Source: Candidatus Omnitrophota bacterium (GTDB lineage Bacteria; Omnitrophota; Gorgyraeia; Zapsychrales; JAHFFX01). From it: a stretch of DNA of 48,223 nt. The notes under the pieces are model-generated. The model saw only the letters and a list, made by a program, of their open reading frames with translations. It had not been told where the DNA came from and ran no database searches. Numbering within the stretch: position 1 is the first letter of the stretch; each line of letters starts with the position of its first letter. Made by a program: the position numbers and the translations under genes. The DNA lies in the NCBI GenBank assembly GCA_023247705.1, contig JAHFFY010000005.1, positions 1 through 48,223 on the forward strand. The letters run 5' to 3'. Positions 35,793-44,602 of this stretch are shown here, one piece after another.

Positions 35793-36581
35793 ATGAAAAA
35801 AAATCTATTGTACGGTAAAATCCGTTTGTTGCTTTTCAGCCTGTTTGTGATGAGCGGAATGATCGTTCTGGGAGGTGGATTATCTTCCACGTTTGCCGAT
35901 GGAGAACGCCCTGCCCCGTTTGCCCTGGTTGAACTTTTTACCTCGGAAGGTTGCTCAAGTTGTCCATCGGCCGATCTTTTTTTTTCCAATCTAACCACCG
36001 AGGTCCGCCAGAAGAATATTCCGATTTACACGTTATCGTTTCATGTGGATTACTGGAATCATTTAGGATGGAAGGACCCTTTCAGCCAAGAAGTTTTTTC
36101 CGACCGGCAACGGCAATACGCCAGGATTCAAAATACGGATAGCATTTACACACCGCAAATGATTGTAAACGGGACGTATGCCTTTTCCGGACAGCGCGGA
36201 GATTTGGCCAAACAGGCGATTGATAAAGTGATGTCTAAGCCGCCGAAAGCGACAATCAATTTTGAAATCTTGGATCAGAGCGATCAAAACGCAATCAAGC
36301 TGTCCTATTCGATCAAAGGCGTTCCCAAAGAGACGCTCTTGCATATCGCGATCGTGGAAAGAGGATTGGATACACATATCACCGCTGGAGAAAATGCGGG
36401 CCAGACACTTTCTCAGGATAATGTGGTGAGAAATTTTCGAACTTTCCGGATCAATAAATTGCAAGGGAAGGTAAATCTGGAAATCCCTAAATTAATCGTT
36501 AGGAAAAATGCTTCTGTGATCGGCTATTTACAGGATCCGTATTCGATGGGGGTTTTGGGCGCGGCTCAGTTCGACCTGTGA
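35793..36581 (+). CDS. DUF1223 domain secreted thioredoxin-fold protein
   Basis: ELFTSEGCSSCPSAD and HVDYWNHLGWKDPF motifs characteristic of DUF1223. A signal peptide starts at MKKNLLYG. An alternative ATGA-coupled start is at 35745. Confidence 0.7.
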   Translation: MKKNLLYGKIRLLLFSLFVMSGMIVLGGGLSSTFADGERPAPFALVELFTSEGCSSCPSADLFFSNLTTEVRQKNIPIYTLSFHVDYWNHLGWKDPFSQEVFSDRQRQYARIQNTDSIYTPQMIVNGTYAFSGQRGDLAKQAIDKVMSKPPKATINFEILDQSDQNAIKLSYSIKGVPKETLLHIAIVERGLDTHITAGENAGQTLSQDNVVRNFRTFRINKLQGKVNLEIPKLIVRKNASVIGYLQDPYSMGVLGAAQFDL

Positions 36582-36638
36582 GCAAAAAATTTTGGGGTTA
36601 ATCATTGTTATTTAAACTTTCTTTGTTATTATAGGGCT

Positions 36639-37052
36639 ATGTTCAAACTAAAAAAAACATTTGGAAATAGTAATAAGGCTTTTACTTTGGCGGAGGTTTT
36701 AGTGGTCATCGGGATTATTGCCCTTCTGGCCGCCATCTCGATTCCTTATCTTTTAAGCGCCAGGATTAGTTCTAATAATGCGGCCGCCCAGGCCACATTA
36801 AAAAGTATTTCCAATGCCATGGAAAATTACATGGCCATTAACAGCGTTTATCCAAGCGCAACCAGCGAATTATTGGGCGTCAACCCGCCGTATCTGTCGG
36901 TTGATTATTTTACCGGCTCCCACAATGGTTTTAACTTTACCCCCACGATCAGCAGTTTTGCTTATTCGATCTTAGCGACACCGGTTTTGATGGGGAAAAC
37001 TGGGTCAGCCAGTTACACCATCTCTACGGGTGCCGTTTTAACAACGAATTAG
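36639..37052 (+). CDS. prepilin-type N-terminal cleavage/methylation domain protein (type IV pilin/pseudopilin-like)
   Basis: KAFTLAEVLVVIGIIALLAAISIPYLL: class III signal with Glu at +5 after the putative cleavage site. 137 aa. Confidence 0.7.
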   Translation: MFKLKKTFGNSNKAFTLAEVLVVIGIIALLAAISIPYLLSARISSNNAAAQATLKSISNAMENYMAINSVYPSATSELLGVNPPYLSVDYFTGSHNGFNFTPTISSFAYSILATPVLMGKTGSASYTISTGAVLTTN

Positions 37053-37209
37053 CCGTCAGCGTATTTCCCGTCATTTTTCGTCCATTGCCTCTCGAGCGGA
37101 AATTTTTTTCACTATTAAGCATTTATATATTATACTTTTGATTGTTGTCCGGAACATGACAGGTTATATCAATTGATTTAATGGCTATTCAACACGAGTT
37201 ATTCATCCA

Positions 37210-38652
37210 ATGAACCGACATTTTTTTGCTCAAAGACTTTTTCTTGCATTGGCATTCATCATGGCCAGCTATCCTGGAGATCCCATTTGGGCAGCGGAAT
37301 CTTCTTCAGAAAAAATCGCGAAGGAAGACCAAGCAGTTGTTAAGATTATTGAACAAAACAACTGCAACGCTTTTCGTTTTGATGCCAGTGCTTTATTGAA
37401 CACGATTACCCCCGAGATGAAGTTGGTCTGGAACTTGGGGGACGGCATGGTCGCCAACCAGGCGGTTGTCGACCATACTTATCAAAAAGCCGGCGAATAT
37501 AAAGTCCAATTGACCGTGAACGATGGTGCTGATCTTCAGAAAAAACCCATTTCAAGTTTTCAGAATATTCACGTATCTGTTCCTCCTGCCGTTATTTTAA
37601 AAGCGCCGGATAAAGTTTGTGTTCATGAGAAAATCCGTTTGGATGTCCAGGGTAAAGACGCGCTTGAGCCTTCTTTGAAATATATCTGGGATCTGGGGGA
37701 TGGAACACAGGGAACGGGCCGATTTTTACAGAAAAAATATGATCAGCCCGGACACTATACGATTCGGTTAACGACGTTGGATCGTTCAAGAAATTTTTGT
37801 GCACAGTCAATCATTGAAAAAGATATTTATGTCAACAGACCGCCTCAGGCGAACGCGGGGGAAGATGTTAATTTGCAATGCTTGGCCCGGCCGATCGATT
37901 TTAATCTGACCTTCGACGCCTCGGCCTCAATGGATCGTGAGGATGATTCCTTAGAATATTTTTGGGATTTCGGTGATGGAACCGGCGGCCAAGGTCAAAT
38001 CGTTGATCATCGATACAAAAAAGACGGCCGGTATCAGGTGCGATTGACTGTTCGCGATCAATCCGGATTAAGTTGTAATTCCAGTACCGACACCTTGGAG
38101 GTCAATCTTGCCAGAGGCGTTGAAGCCAAAGGGGGTGGGGATGTTTATGCCTGTGTGGGCGAAAACATTTCCTTTGATGGAAGCGCTTCGTATGGGCCGC
38201 AGGGGGCGTTGTTCGTGCAATGGGATTTTGGAGATGGGTCTCATGAACCGGGGTTGCAGCTGACGCATCGGTATAACCAAGAAGGCATTTATCAGGCAAC
38301 CTTAACCGTTGAGGATCCTTTTCAATCCCGATGCGCGGAAGTTTCCGACAGCCGTCTGGTCGTAGTGAAACAGTCTCCTAGGGTGACCATCGAGTCTGTC
38401 GGGGATGGTTATTCCGGGGAAGAGATTTTTTTTCAGGCGCTGGTTTCTTATCCGGCTTTGGATGAATTGGAATATTTCTGGAGTTTTGGGGATGGGACTG
38501 TGATCCGAGGGGGCCCGATTACTTCACATCGATTTTATCAGGCAGGGACTTATCAGGTTTCAATGATTGTTGATCAAAACGAACAGTCACAATGCTCCAG
38601 CAGTTCCGATCGTATGACGATCCATGTTCGGCCGGCAAGGGAAGTGGAATAA
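37210..38652 (+). CDS. secreted protein with five PKD-like repeats
   Basis: Signal peptide, then five units each with W.[LF]GDG...H.Y...G.Y.V.LTV.D (for example FWDFGDGTGGQGQIVDHRYKKDGRYQVRLTVRD) and paired Cys. Confidence 0.8.
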   Translation: MNRHFFAQRLFLALAFIMASYPGDPIWAAESSSEKIAKEDQAVVKIIEQNNCNAFRFDASALLNTITPEMKLVWNLGDGMVANQAVVDHTYQKAGEYKVQLTVNDGADLQKKPISSFQNIHVSVPPAVILKAPDKVCVHEKIRLDVQGKDALEPSLKYIWDLGDGTQGTGRFLQKKYDQPGHYTIRLTTLDRSRNFCAQSIIEKDIYVNRPPQANAGEDVNLQCLARPIDFNLTFDASASMDREDDSLEYFWDFGDGTGGQGQIVDHRYKKDGRYQVRLTVRDQSGLSCNSSTDTLEVNLARGVEAKGGGDVYACVGENISFDGSASYGPQGALFVQWDFGDGSHEPGLQLTHRYNQEGIYQATLTVEDPFQSRCAEVSDSRLVVVKQSPRVTIESVGDGYSGEEIFFQALVSYPALDELEYFWSFGDGTVIRGGPITSHRFYQAGTYQVSMIVDQNEQSQCSSSSDRMTIHVRPAREVE

Positions 38653-38801
38653 AAACAGCATCGTCAAAACGATTGACCGCAATCAAAAAATACATTCGCG
38701 AATCTCCAAGGTTTAATTCAATCAGAGTGTCATCTCATATTTTTTGCATCATGCCGTCCTGGGTTCTATAAAAACAAGGTCGCGTGTTGGGGATACGTCC
38801 C

Positions 38802-39938
38802 ATGAAAAAAATTTTTTTTATTTTTTTTCTGTTTTTGATCGGTGTCTGCCATTGCGCCTGGGGAGATATTGAGCCAATCTTCGATATCCAAATTTTGTAT
38901 CATCAGGCACCGATTGTCTGTAAAGTTGCTGTAGAAGCGCTTAATCCATTTTTTTTGCCGAAGGCAGAAAAGAATCGGTCTTCGTCCTCTTTGATCGTGG
39001 TTTTCAACATTCACCGTTATTATAAAGGAAAAGGCCCTCATCAAGTTAAGATGGTATTACCGTTGAACAATGATCCTGATTCCGCTGAACCGATGGTCAA
39101 TGGCAGAGATCGGGAGAAAATTCAAAAAGGACAGGAATTGATTGTTTTTTTCAAAAAAGAAAAAAATGGTTTTCGTTTCTGGTTGGATGGCTATCAAAGT
39201 TGTATCCCTGTCACCAGGACACATTCATCGGGCGCGGAGGGTTTTGAGGCCGTGAGAGAAGATCTCGTTAATTCCATTGATGAACCATGGGTAATCGCGC
39301 AGGACAGTTTTGAACAAATCAGAATGCATGGATGGACTGAGGCCTTAGCAAAACTCACTGCCATCACGGTCAATCACGATGGGTATGCCAAATATTGGAC
39401 AGCGATCCTGACCCGTCTTTATCTCGGGGATCGCTCGGCCATTGAGGAATCTTTAAAATTGTTCGATAAATCCTATCCGTTTGCACAGAGATGCTCTATA
39501 CTTTTTGGGAAAGAATACAACGATTGTCTTTTTTTGCAAAACATTCAAATGGCGTTTCTATATGCGTATATCGATTTAGGATCAACCAAATGTCTGAACT
39601 TGATGCAAGCCATTGCGCACGGCCAAATCCATTGGTTAAGACAAAATGTCGTCAATCTGGCGAAGTTTCAAATACGCAACGTCGTTACGGCGCGAGACGT
39701 TTTGGAAGCGGGGGATCAGTTAGCGTCCGTTCCATTGGATCAATGTTCGGTGATTGGTTTTAATTGGCAGGAACTCGGGTATCGGGTGATTAAAGCCGCT
39801 GGCCGGGAAGATTGGTATTATACGGTGCGGTATGATGTTTCTCAACGAGAACAAGTGTGTGCGCAGATGCAGCACTGGTGGAAAGAGAAAGGGAGAAATA
39901 TTTTTCTTTCTGAATCGATGAGAAAGAATGGTGGATGA
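38802..39938 (+). CDS. hypothetical secreted protein
   Basis: Signal peptide MKKIFFIFFLFLIGVCHCAWG. The C-terminal half is helical-repeat-like. No family recognised. Confidence 0.4.
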   Translation: MKKIFFIFFLFLIGVCHCAWGDIEPIFDIQILYHQAPIVCKVAVEALNPFFLPKAEKNRSSSSLIVVFNIHRYYKGKGPHQVKMVLPLNNDPDSAEPMVNGRDREKIQKGQELIVFFKKEKNGFRFWLDGYQSCIPVTRTHSSGAEGFEAVREDLVNSIDEPWVIAQDSFEQIRMHGWTEALAKLTAITVNHDGYAKYWTAILTRLYLGDRSAIEESLKLFDKSYPFAQRCSILFGKEYNDCLFLQNIQMAFLYAYIDLGSTKCLNLMQAIAHGQIHWLRQNVVNLAKFQIRNVVTARDVLEAGDQLASVPLDQCSVIGFNWQELGYRVIKAAGREDWYYTVRYDVSQREQVCAQMQHWWKEKGRNIFLSESMRKNGG

Positions 39939-39994
39939 AAAGGGATTCGTTCCTGGCCCGGATATTTTGAGCAGGTGCATTGCCTGGAGGGGAA

Positions 39995-40285
39995 ATGCAA
40001 CGACATTCGACCTATTATGTTTATATTGTCCAATGCGTCAACGGGACCTATTATACGGGATACACCAGTGATATTGCCAAGAGGATCGAAGCGCACAATA
40101 AAGGTTCCGGCGCAAAATATCTGAAAGGTAAAACACCTGTTCAGCTGGTTTACCTTAAGGAATATGGTTATTACAAAAATGCCCTGAAAGAAGAACGAAG
40201 GATCAAAACGTTCGGGAGAAAAAAGAAAGAAAAGTTAATTGCAGGTTACACGAAAAATTCCGGGTTTTTAATCCATAAAAACTAA
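39995..40285 (+). CDS. GIY-YIG nuclease family protein (UPF0213-like)
   Basis: YYVYIVQCVNGTYYTGYTSDIAKRIEAHN...YKNALKEERRIK. ATG at 39995 preceded by GGAGGGG. Confidence 0.8.
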   Translation: MQRHSTYYVYIVQCVNGTYYTGYTSDIAKRIEAHNKGSGAKYLKGKTPVQLVYLKEYGYYKNALKEERRIKTFGRKKKEKLIAGYTKNSGFLIHKN

Positions 40286-40295
40286 TTTTAAAGTT

Positions 40296-41765
40296 ATGCA
40301 CCAATATCTCCAGATCGAATTAGTAATTTTGATTGCTTCGGCCCTGCTTTTATTAAGCATTCTGGCGAGCAAGATTTCGGATCGATTCGGAATTCCTTCG
40401 TTGCTTTTGTTTCTTCTCTTGGGCATGCTCGCCGGGTCCGAAGGACCGGGTGGTATTTCTTTTGACGACGCGTGGTTAGCCAAACTGATCGGAATCGTGG
40501 CGCTGAACTTTATCTTGTTTTCCGGAGGACTTGAAACCAAATTAAGCGACATCCGCCCCATCTGGGCCGAAGGGGTCAGCTTGGCGACGATCGGCGTTCT
40601 GCTGACTGCATTTTTTGTCGCCTCGTTCGCGACGTACGTCTTGAAATTTACTTTCCTGGAAGGAATGTTGTTAGGTGCCATTGTTTCCTCGTCCGACGCG
40701 GCCGCTGTCTTGAATATCCTGCGTTCCAATGAAATCCATCTCAAAAACAGATTGCGTTCTCTCCTGGAATTGGAATCCGGGAGCAATGATCCGATGGCGG
40801 TTTTTTTGACGTTAGGCACCATCCGCCTGATGACTGATCCGCATTTTACTCTGCAGCAATTGATCCCGCAATGTATCCTGGAAATTCTGGTCGGGGTTAT
40901 CATGGCTGTGCTGCTGAGCCGGTTGTTTTTATTTATCATCAATCATTTAAAATTCGCCTATGAGGGATTATATCCGGTCTTTACCCTGGCGTTCGTGCTG
41001 CTGATTTACGCGATCACCACCATGGCGAAGGGAAACGGCTTTCTCTCTGTTTATCTGACCGCGTTGATCGTCGGCAATAAAGAATTTCTCTATAAAAAGA
41101 CATTGATCCGTTTTCACGAAGGGATTGCCTGGCTGATGCAGATTACGATGTTTTTGATCCTCGGTTTACTGGTGTTTCCCTCACACATGGTTCCGATTAT
41201 TGGGGCAGGATTTTTTGTGTCGGTTTTTTTGATCGTGATTGCCCGTCCTTGCAGTGTTTTTATCGCGCTTGTGTTCAGCCGAATCAAAATTAACGATAAA
41301 TTTATGTTGTCGTGGGTCGGGCTCAGAGGAGCGGTTCCGATCATCCTGGCGACATTCCCGCTTTTGGCGCATATCCCGAAGTCTGAAATAATTTTTAATA
41401 TTGTTTTCTTTATTGTTTTGACCTCCATGTTTATCCAGGGGACATCGATCGCCGATGTCTCGCGGTTACTGAGAGTGGACATTCCGATGAAGAGGAAACA
41501 TGCTTTCCCGATTGAGTTTGACCGCAAGGAAGGGATGGACGCGGATTTGGAAGAACTGATTGTTCCCTATCATTCACTGGTCGTTGGTAAAAAAATTTTT
41601 GAACTGGGAGCACAGGAAGATTGTTTGATCGTGCTCTTGTGCCGGGATGGAAAATTTTTTATCCCAAAGGGAACGACGATTCTCGAGGGCGGAGATGTTT
41701 TGCAGGTATTGGGCAAAACATCTGCGATGAAAGCGCTGGAGCAGCAATTAAAGGGGAGTGCTTAA
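40296..41765 (+). CDS. K+/H+ (cation:proton) antiporter with C-terminal TrkA-C/RCK_C domain (NhaP2/CvrA-like)
   Basis: ~12 TM CPA1-type core (LESGSNDPMAVFL) followed by a soluble domain ending LEGGDVLQVLG. Confidence 0.8.
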   Translation: MHQYLQIELVILIASALLLLSILASKISDRFGIPSLLLFLLLGMLAGSEGPGGISFDDAWLAKLIGIVALNFILFSGGLETKLSDIRPIWAEGVSLATIGVLLTAFFVASFATYVLKFTFLEGMLLGAIVSSSDAAAVLNILRSNEIHLKNRLRSLLELESGSNDPMAVFLTLGTIRLMTDPHFTLQQLIPQCILEILVGVIMAVLLSRLFLFIINHLKFAYEGLYPVFTLAFVLLIYAITTMAKGNGFLSVYLTALIVGNKEFLYKKTLIRFHEGIAWLMQITMFLILGLLVFPSHMVPIIGAGFFVSVFLIVIARPCSVFIALVFSRIKINDKFMLSWVGLRGAVPIILATFPLLAHIPKSEIIFNIVFFIVLTSMFIQGTSIADVSRLLRVDIPMKRKHAFPIEFDRKEGMDADLEELIVPYHSLVVGKKIFELGAQEDCLIVLLCRDGKFFIPKGTTILEGGDVLQVLGKTSAMKALEQQLKGSA

Positions 41766-42029
41766 ATTGCTTATAATGAAGATCATTCCAAGAAAGAATA
41801 CCGCTGCCCGAACTGTCAACGTTTTCTTTATGATCGAAGACGCGAGCAGTGCGGTTATTGTGGTGCCGCGTTGCCGCGCGAACTAATGTTTACCAAAGAA
41901 GAATTGGAGGCCATGAATCAGGAAATCGCGCAGATTAGAGAAGAACGCCGCCAATTAGCTCAACGGATCAGAGAAATTAAAAAGAAAAGGAAAGACCTTC
42001 AAGACGGATTTTCGGATTTTATATCATAA
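41766..42029 (+). CDS. zinc-ribbon plus coiled-coil small protein, non-canonical (ATT) start or readthrough extension
   Basis: 87 sense codons open directly after the antiporter TAA, in the same frame. Encodes CPNC-X13-CGYC, then the charged helix EELEAMNQEIAQIREERRQLAQRIREIKKKRK. GGGGAG lies 7 nt upstream of ATT 41766. The only ATG (41886) is downstream of the zinc ribbon. Not in the supplied track. Confidence 0.35.
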   Translation: MAYNEDHSKKEYRCPNCQRFLYDRRREQCGYCGAALPRELMFTKEELEAMNQEIAQIREERRQLAQRIREIKKKRKDLQDGFSDFIS

Positions 42030-42040
42030 AAGGGGAAGCG

Positions 42041-42445
42041 ATGAAATCGGGGTTGAAATCAATGACGCTGAGTGTGACCATTGATTGTGATCACAAAAAA
42101 CTTTACAAGTATGTGTTTGATTTGAAAAATCTTTCGAAATGGGCGACGACCTTCGCGAAGTCCATCAAAAAAGTAAAAGGCGCGTGGATCCTCGAAACCG
42201 CGCGGGGTCCGGTCAATATCCGGATGGCTCCGAAAAATACCTTTGGGGTTCTGGACCATTATATTTATTCGGCGCCGGGTGTCGAAATTTATGTCCCGAT
42301 GCGTGTCGTGGCCAACGGCCCGCGTTGTGAGGTGCTCTTTACGTTGTTTCAACAGCTCGGGATGTCGGATGAAAATTATGAGCAGGATATTGCATTTGTC
42401 CGTGCGGATTTGAAAAATTTGCAAGCGATGATGGAGCGACCATGA
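42041..42445 (+). CDS. SRPBCC (START/polyketide cyclase-like) family protein
   Basis: 134 aa. Pattern VTIDCDHKKLYKYVFDLKNLSKWA is typical of the N-terminal strand-helix of SRPBCC proteins. Weak call. Confidence 0.4.
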   Translation: MKSGLKSMTLSVTIDCDHKKLYKYVFDLKNLSKWATTFAKSIKKVKGAWILETARGPVNIRMAPKNTFGVLDHYIYSAPGVEIYVPMRVVANGPRCEVLFTLFQQLGMSDENYEQDIAFVRADLKNLQAMMERP

Positions 42446-43080
42446 AAATCCCTGAGGTGATCACAAATTTTGTTTGGTGTACGATCGTTGCCATTGGATT
42501 TTATGGGCATCCCTCGGTTCTCCATGCGGACGCCGTTTGGCCGCCGCAGTTGAACAAACTCTATCCAGAGATGGAGTTCATCGACCAGGCTGGAGACAAA
42601 TTGAAACTTTCCGATTTCAAAGGCAAGGTGATTGTCGTGGAATATGTGGGAATGAACTGTCCGGCCTGTCAATCGCTTTCGGGGGCGGACAACCCGAAGA
42701 TCGGACCTTTTGAAGGAAACGATACACAAAAAGGACTCTGGACGCTGGACGAAAGTTTTAAATATTATACCAGCGGGATTTCTCTTTTTGATGACCGGAT
42801 CGTTTTTATCCAGATCCTGCTTTATGATATGAAGATGGGCGCACCCACACCGGACGATGCCAAGCGCTGGGCCAAACATTTCGGGTTCAGTAAAGCAAAA
42901 CATCGGTATGTGGCTGTTCCTCCTTGGGATTTAAGAAATAATGACAGTTATAATCTGATCCCCGGCTGTCATCTGGTGGATAAAAATTTAATATTACGCG
43001 CCGACAGCGCTGGACATTCCCCGAAACATAATTTCCAGACTTATTTTTTGCCGATGGTGCCGGAACTTTTAAAGGAGTAA
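42442..43080 (+). CDS. thioredoxin-fold redoxin (TlpA/AhpC-TSA-like), secreted or membrane anchored
   Basis: LSDFKGKVIVVEYVGMNCPACQ with CPAC active site. N-terminal hydrophobic segment. ATGA overlap with the upstream gene. Confidence 0.6.
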   Translation: MKIPEVITNFVWCTIVAIGFYGHPSVLHADAVWPPQLNKLYPEMEFIDQAGDKLKLSDFKGKVIVVEYVGMNCPACQSLSGADNPKIGPFEGNDTQKGLWTLDESFKYYTSGISLFDDRIVFIQILLYDMKMGAPTPDDAKRWAKHFGFSKAKHRYVAVPPWDLRNNDSYNLIPGCHLVDKNLILRADSAGHSPKHNFQTYFLPMVPELLKE

Positions 43081-43087
43081 GAAAACG

Positions 43088-43462
43088 ATGACGATTGCTT
43101 ATATTTGTGTTGTGATCATGATTTTTATTCCGCTTTTTTGCACGGGATACGCGAAGTTTTCCGGAAAGGGATACGACAATCGCAGCCCGCGGGAATACCT
43201 GGAGCGTTTGGAGGGGAAAGCCAAACGCGCGCATTTCGCGCAATTAAATTCCTTCGAGAATTTCCCGCCTTTCGCCGCCGGGGTGATCGTGGCCCATCAG
43301 CTGCACGCCGCGCAAACGGCGATTGATTCGCTGGCCGTCGCCTTTGTCCTGATGAGGATATTGTACGTCTTTTTTTATATCCAGGACCAGCCCGCCTGGC
43401 GGTCGACGGTCTGGGTGATCGGGCTGATGATCACTGTAATGTTATTTTTTATCGGCGCTTAA
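43088..43462 (+). CDS. MAPEG family membrane protein
   Basis: 124 aa, three to four TM segments. RAHFAQLNSFENFPPFAAGVIVAH resembles the MAPEG R..RAh.N..E..P.F motif. Confidence 0.6.
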   Translation: MTIAYICVVIMIFIPLFCTGYAKFSGKGYDNRSPREYLERLEGKAKRAHFAQLNSFENFPPFAAGVIVAHQLHAAQTAIDSLAVAFVLMRILYVFFYIQDQPAWRSTVWVIGLMITVMLFFIGA

Positions 43463-44220
43463 TGTTTAAATCAAATTTTCATAGACTCAAAAAAATCGCG
43501 ATCGGATTGGTTGGATTTTGTTTATTCTGGATTTTTCTCCAGGCCGTAACGATTTTTTGGGCCACCCGTGGCATGGATTATTCTCTTGGGTCTTTTCAAC
43601 AGCAAAACGAGCACCCGACTTTAAAGATTATATTTCTTGGTGATAGTACTGCGGTTGGTGTTGGGAGCCAGTCGCCGCAGACTTCAACGGCGGGCTGGTT
43701 TGCGAAAGATTTTCCTGAGGCCTTGATTGATAACATCAGCCAAAGCGGACTGCGGCTGGCTGGACTACATAACAAATTAAAAGAAATTAAACGTGATGAT
43801 TATGATTTGGCGGTTCTTCAAATCGGGGCCAACGACATCATGCGTTTGACTCCGCTGACCTCAATCGACCGGGAAGTGCGCTCGATTCTCGCGTTTCTTA
43901 AGAATAAAGCCAGGACGATCGTGATCCTTCATTCCGGCGATGTGGGCACGGCCACAATTTTTATTTGGCCGTTTAACCGGATTCTTTCCCAGCGTTCCTA
44001 TCAGGTCCGTGAAATCTATAAGAAGGCGACGCGGGATTTCGGCGCCAGTTATGTGGATTTGATCCAATACAATTCCGATCGCCTTTTTATCGATGATCAG
44101 AAAAAGTATTACGCACCTGACCATTTGCATCTCAGCGGCGATGGATATTTCATTTGGTATCAGGCGATCCGCTTTACTTTAAAGCAAAACGCTCCCTCTG
44201 CCCTTGATATCTTCGGGTAA
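43462..44220 (+). CDS. SGNH/GDSL hydrolase family protein
   Basis: Block I FLGDSTAVGVG, block III GANDI, block V DHLHLS. N-terminal TM segment. TAATG overlap with the upstream gene. Confidence 0.7.
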   Translation: MFKSNFHRLKKIAIGLVGFCLFWIFLQAVTIFWATRGMDYSLGSFQQQNEHPTLKIIFLGDSTAVGVGSQSPQTSTAGWFAKDFPEALIDNISQSGLRLAGLHNKLKEIKRDDYDLAVLQIGANDIMRLTPLTSIDREVRSILAFLKNKARTIVILHSGDVGTATIFIWPFNRILSQRSYQVREIYKKATRDFGASYVDLIQYNSDRLFIDDQKKYYAPDHLHLSGDGYFIWYQAIRFTLKQNAPSALDIFG

Positions 44221-44290
44221 CATCATTGAGCGGACGGCCACTTTGATGTTCGTGGTTGAGTCCGTATTGAAAAACTGATTGCCTTCTTCT

Positions 44291-44377
44291 GTTAGAAGCC
44301 ATTTCATAACCCCTTTTCACCACGTCAACCTCGTCAATGAGAAGGACCGTTTTCGAGGTTGTGAAATGACTTCTAAG
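44291..44377. repeat. long imperfect inverted repeat (21-nt arms)
   Basis: GTTAGAAGCCATTTCATAACC (44291-44311) versus the reverse complement of GGTTGTGAAATGACTTCTAAG (44357-44377), 18 of 21. An alternative inner pairing is CAACCTCG (44326-44333) with CGAGGTTG (44354-44361). Confidence 0.35.
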
Positions 44378-44602
44378 TAATTCTGCAGAGAAAACGGGGG
44401 GAAACGCCGAAACAGAAAGAGGCCATGAGTAGGACGGCCATTTTTCGCATACTGATTTTATCCTAACAAAGATCTTGGTCGGTTAAAAGTTTGATATGAG
44501 AAATTTTTGATGCTGCCTAATGCCCAACGGTATAAATCATGAACATGGAATTGGTAACTTTTATTTGTGTCGCTTGGTCTCTTACGATATAATCCAGCGG
44601 TT

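Noticed and set aside
41776-41886. Alternative small ORF from ATG 41776 (MKIIPRKNTAARTVNVFFMIEDASSAVIVVPRCRAN).
   Set aside because: It is only 36 codons, hydrophobic or Arg-rich, with no motif. The overlapping frame encoding the zinc ribbon plus coiled coil looks far more protein-like.
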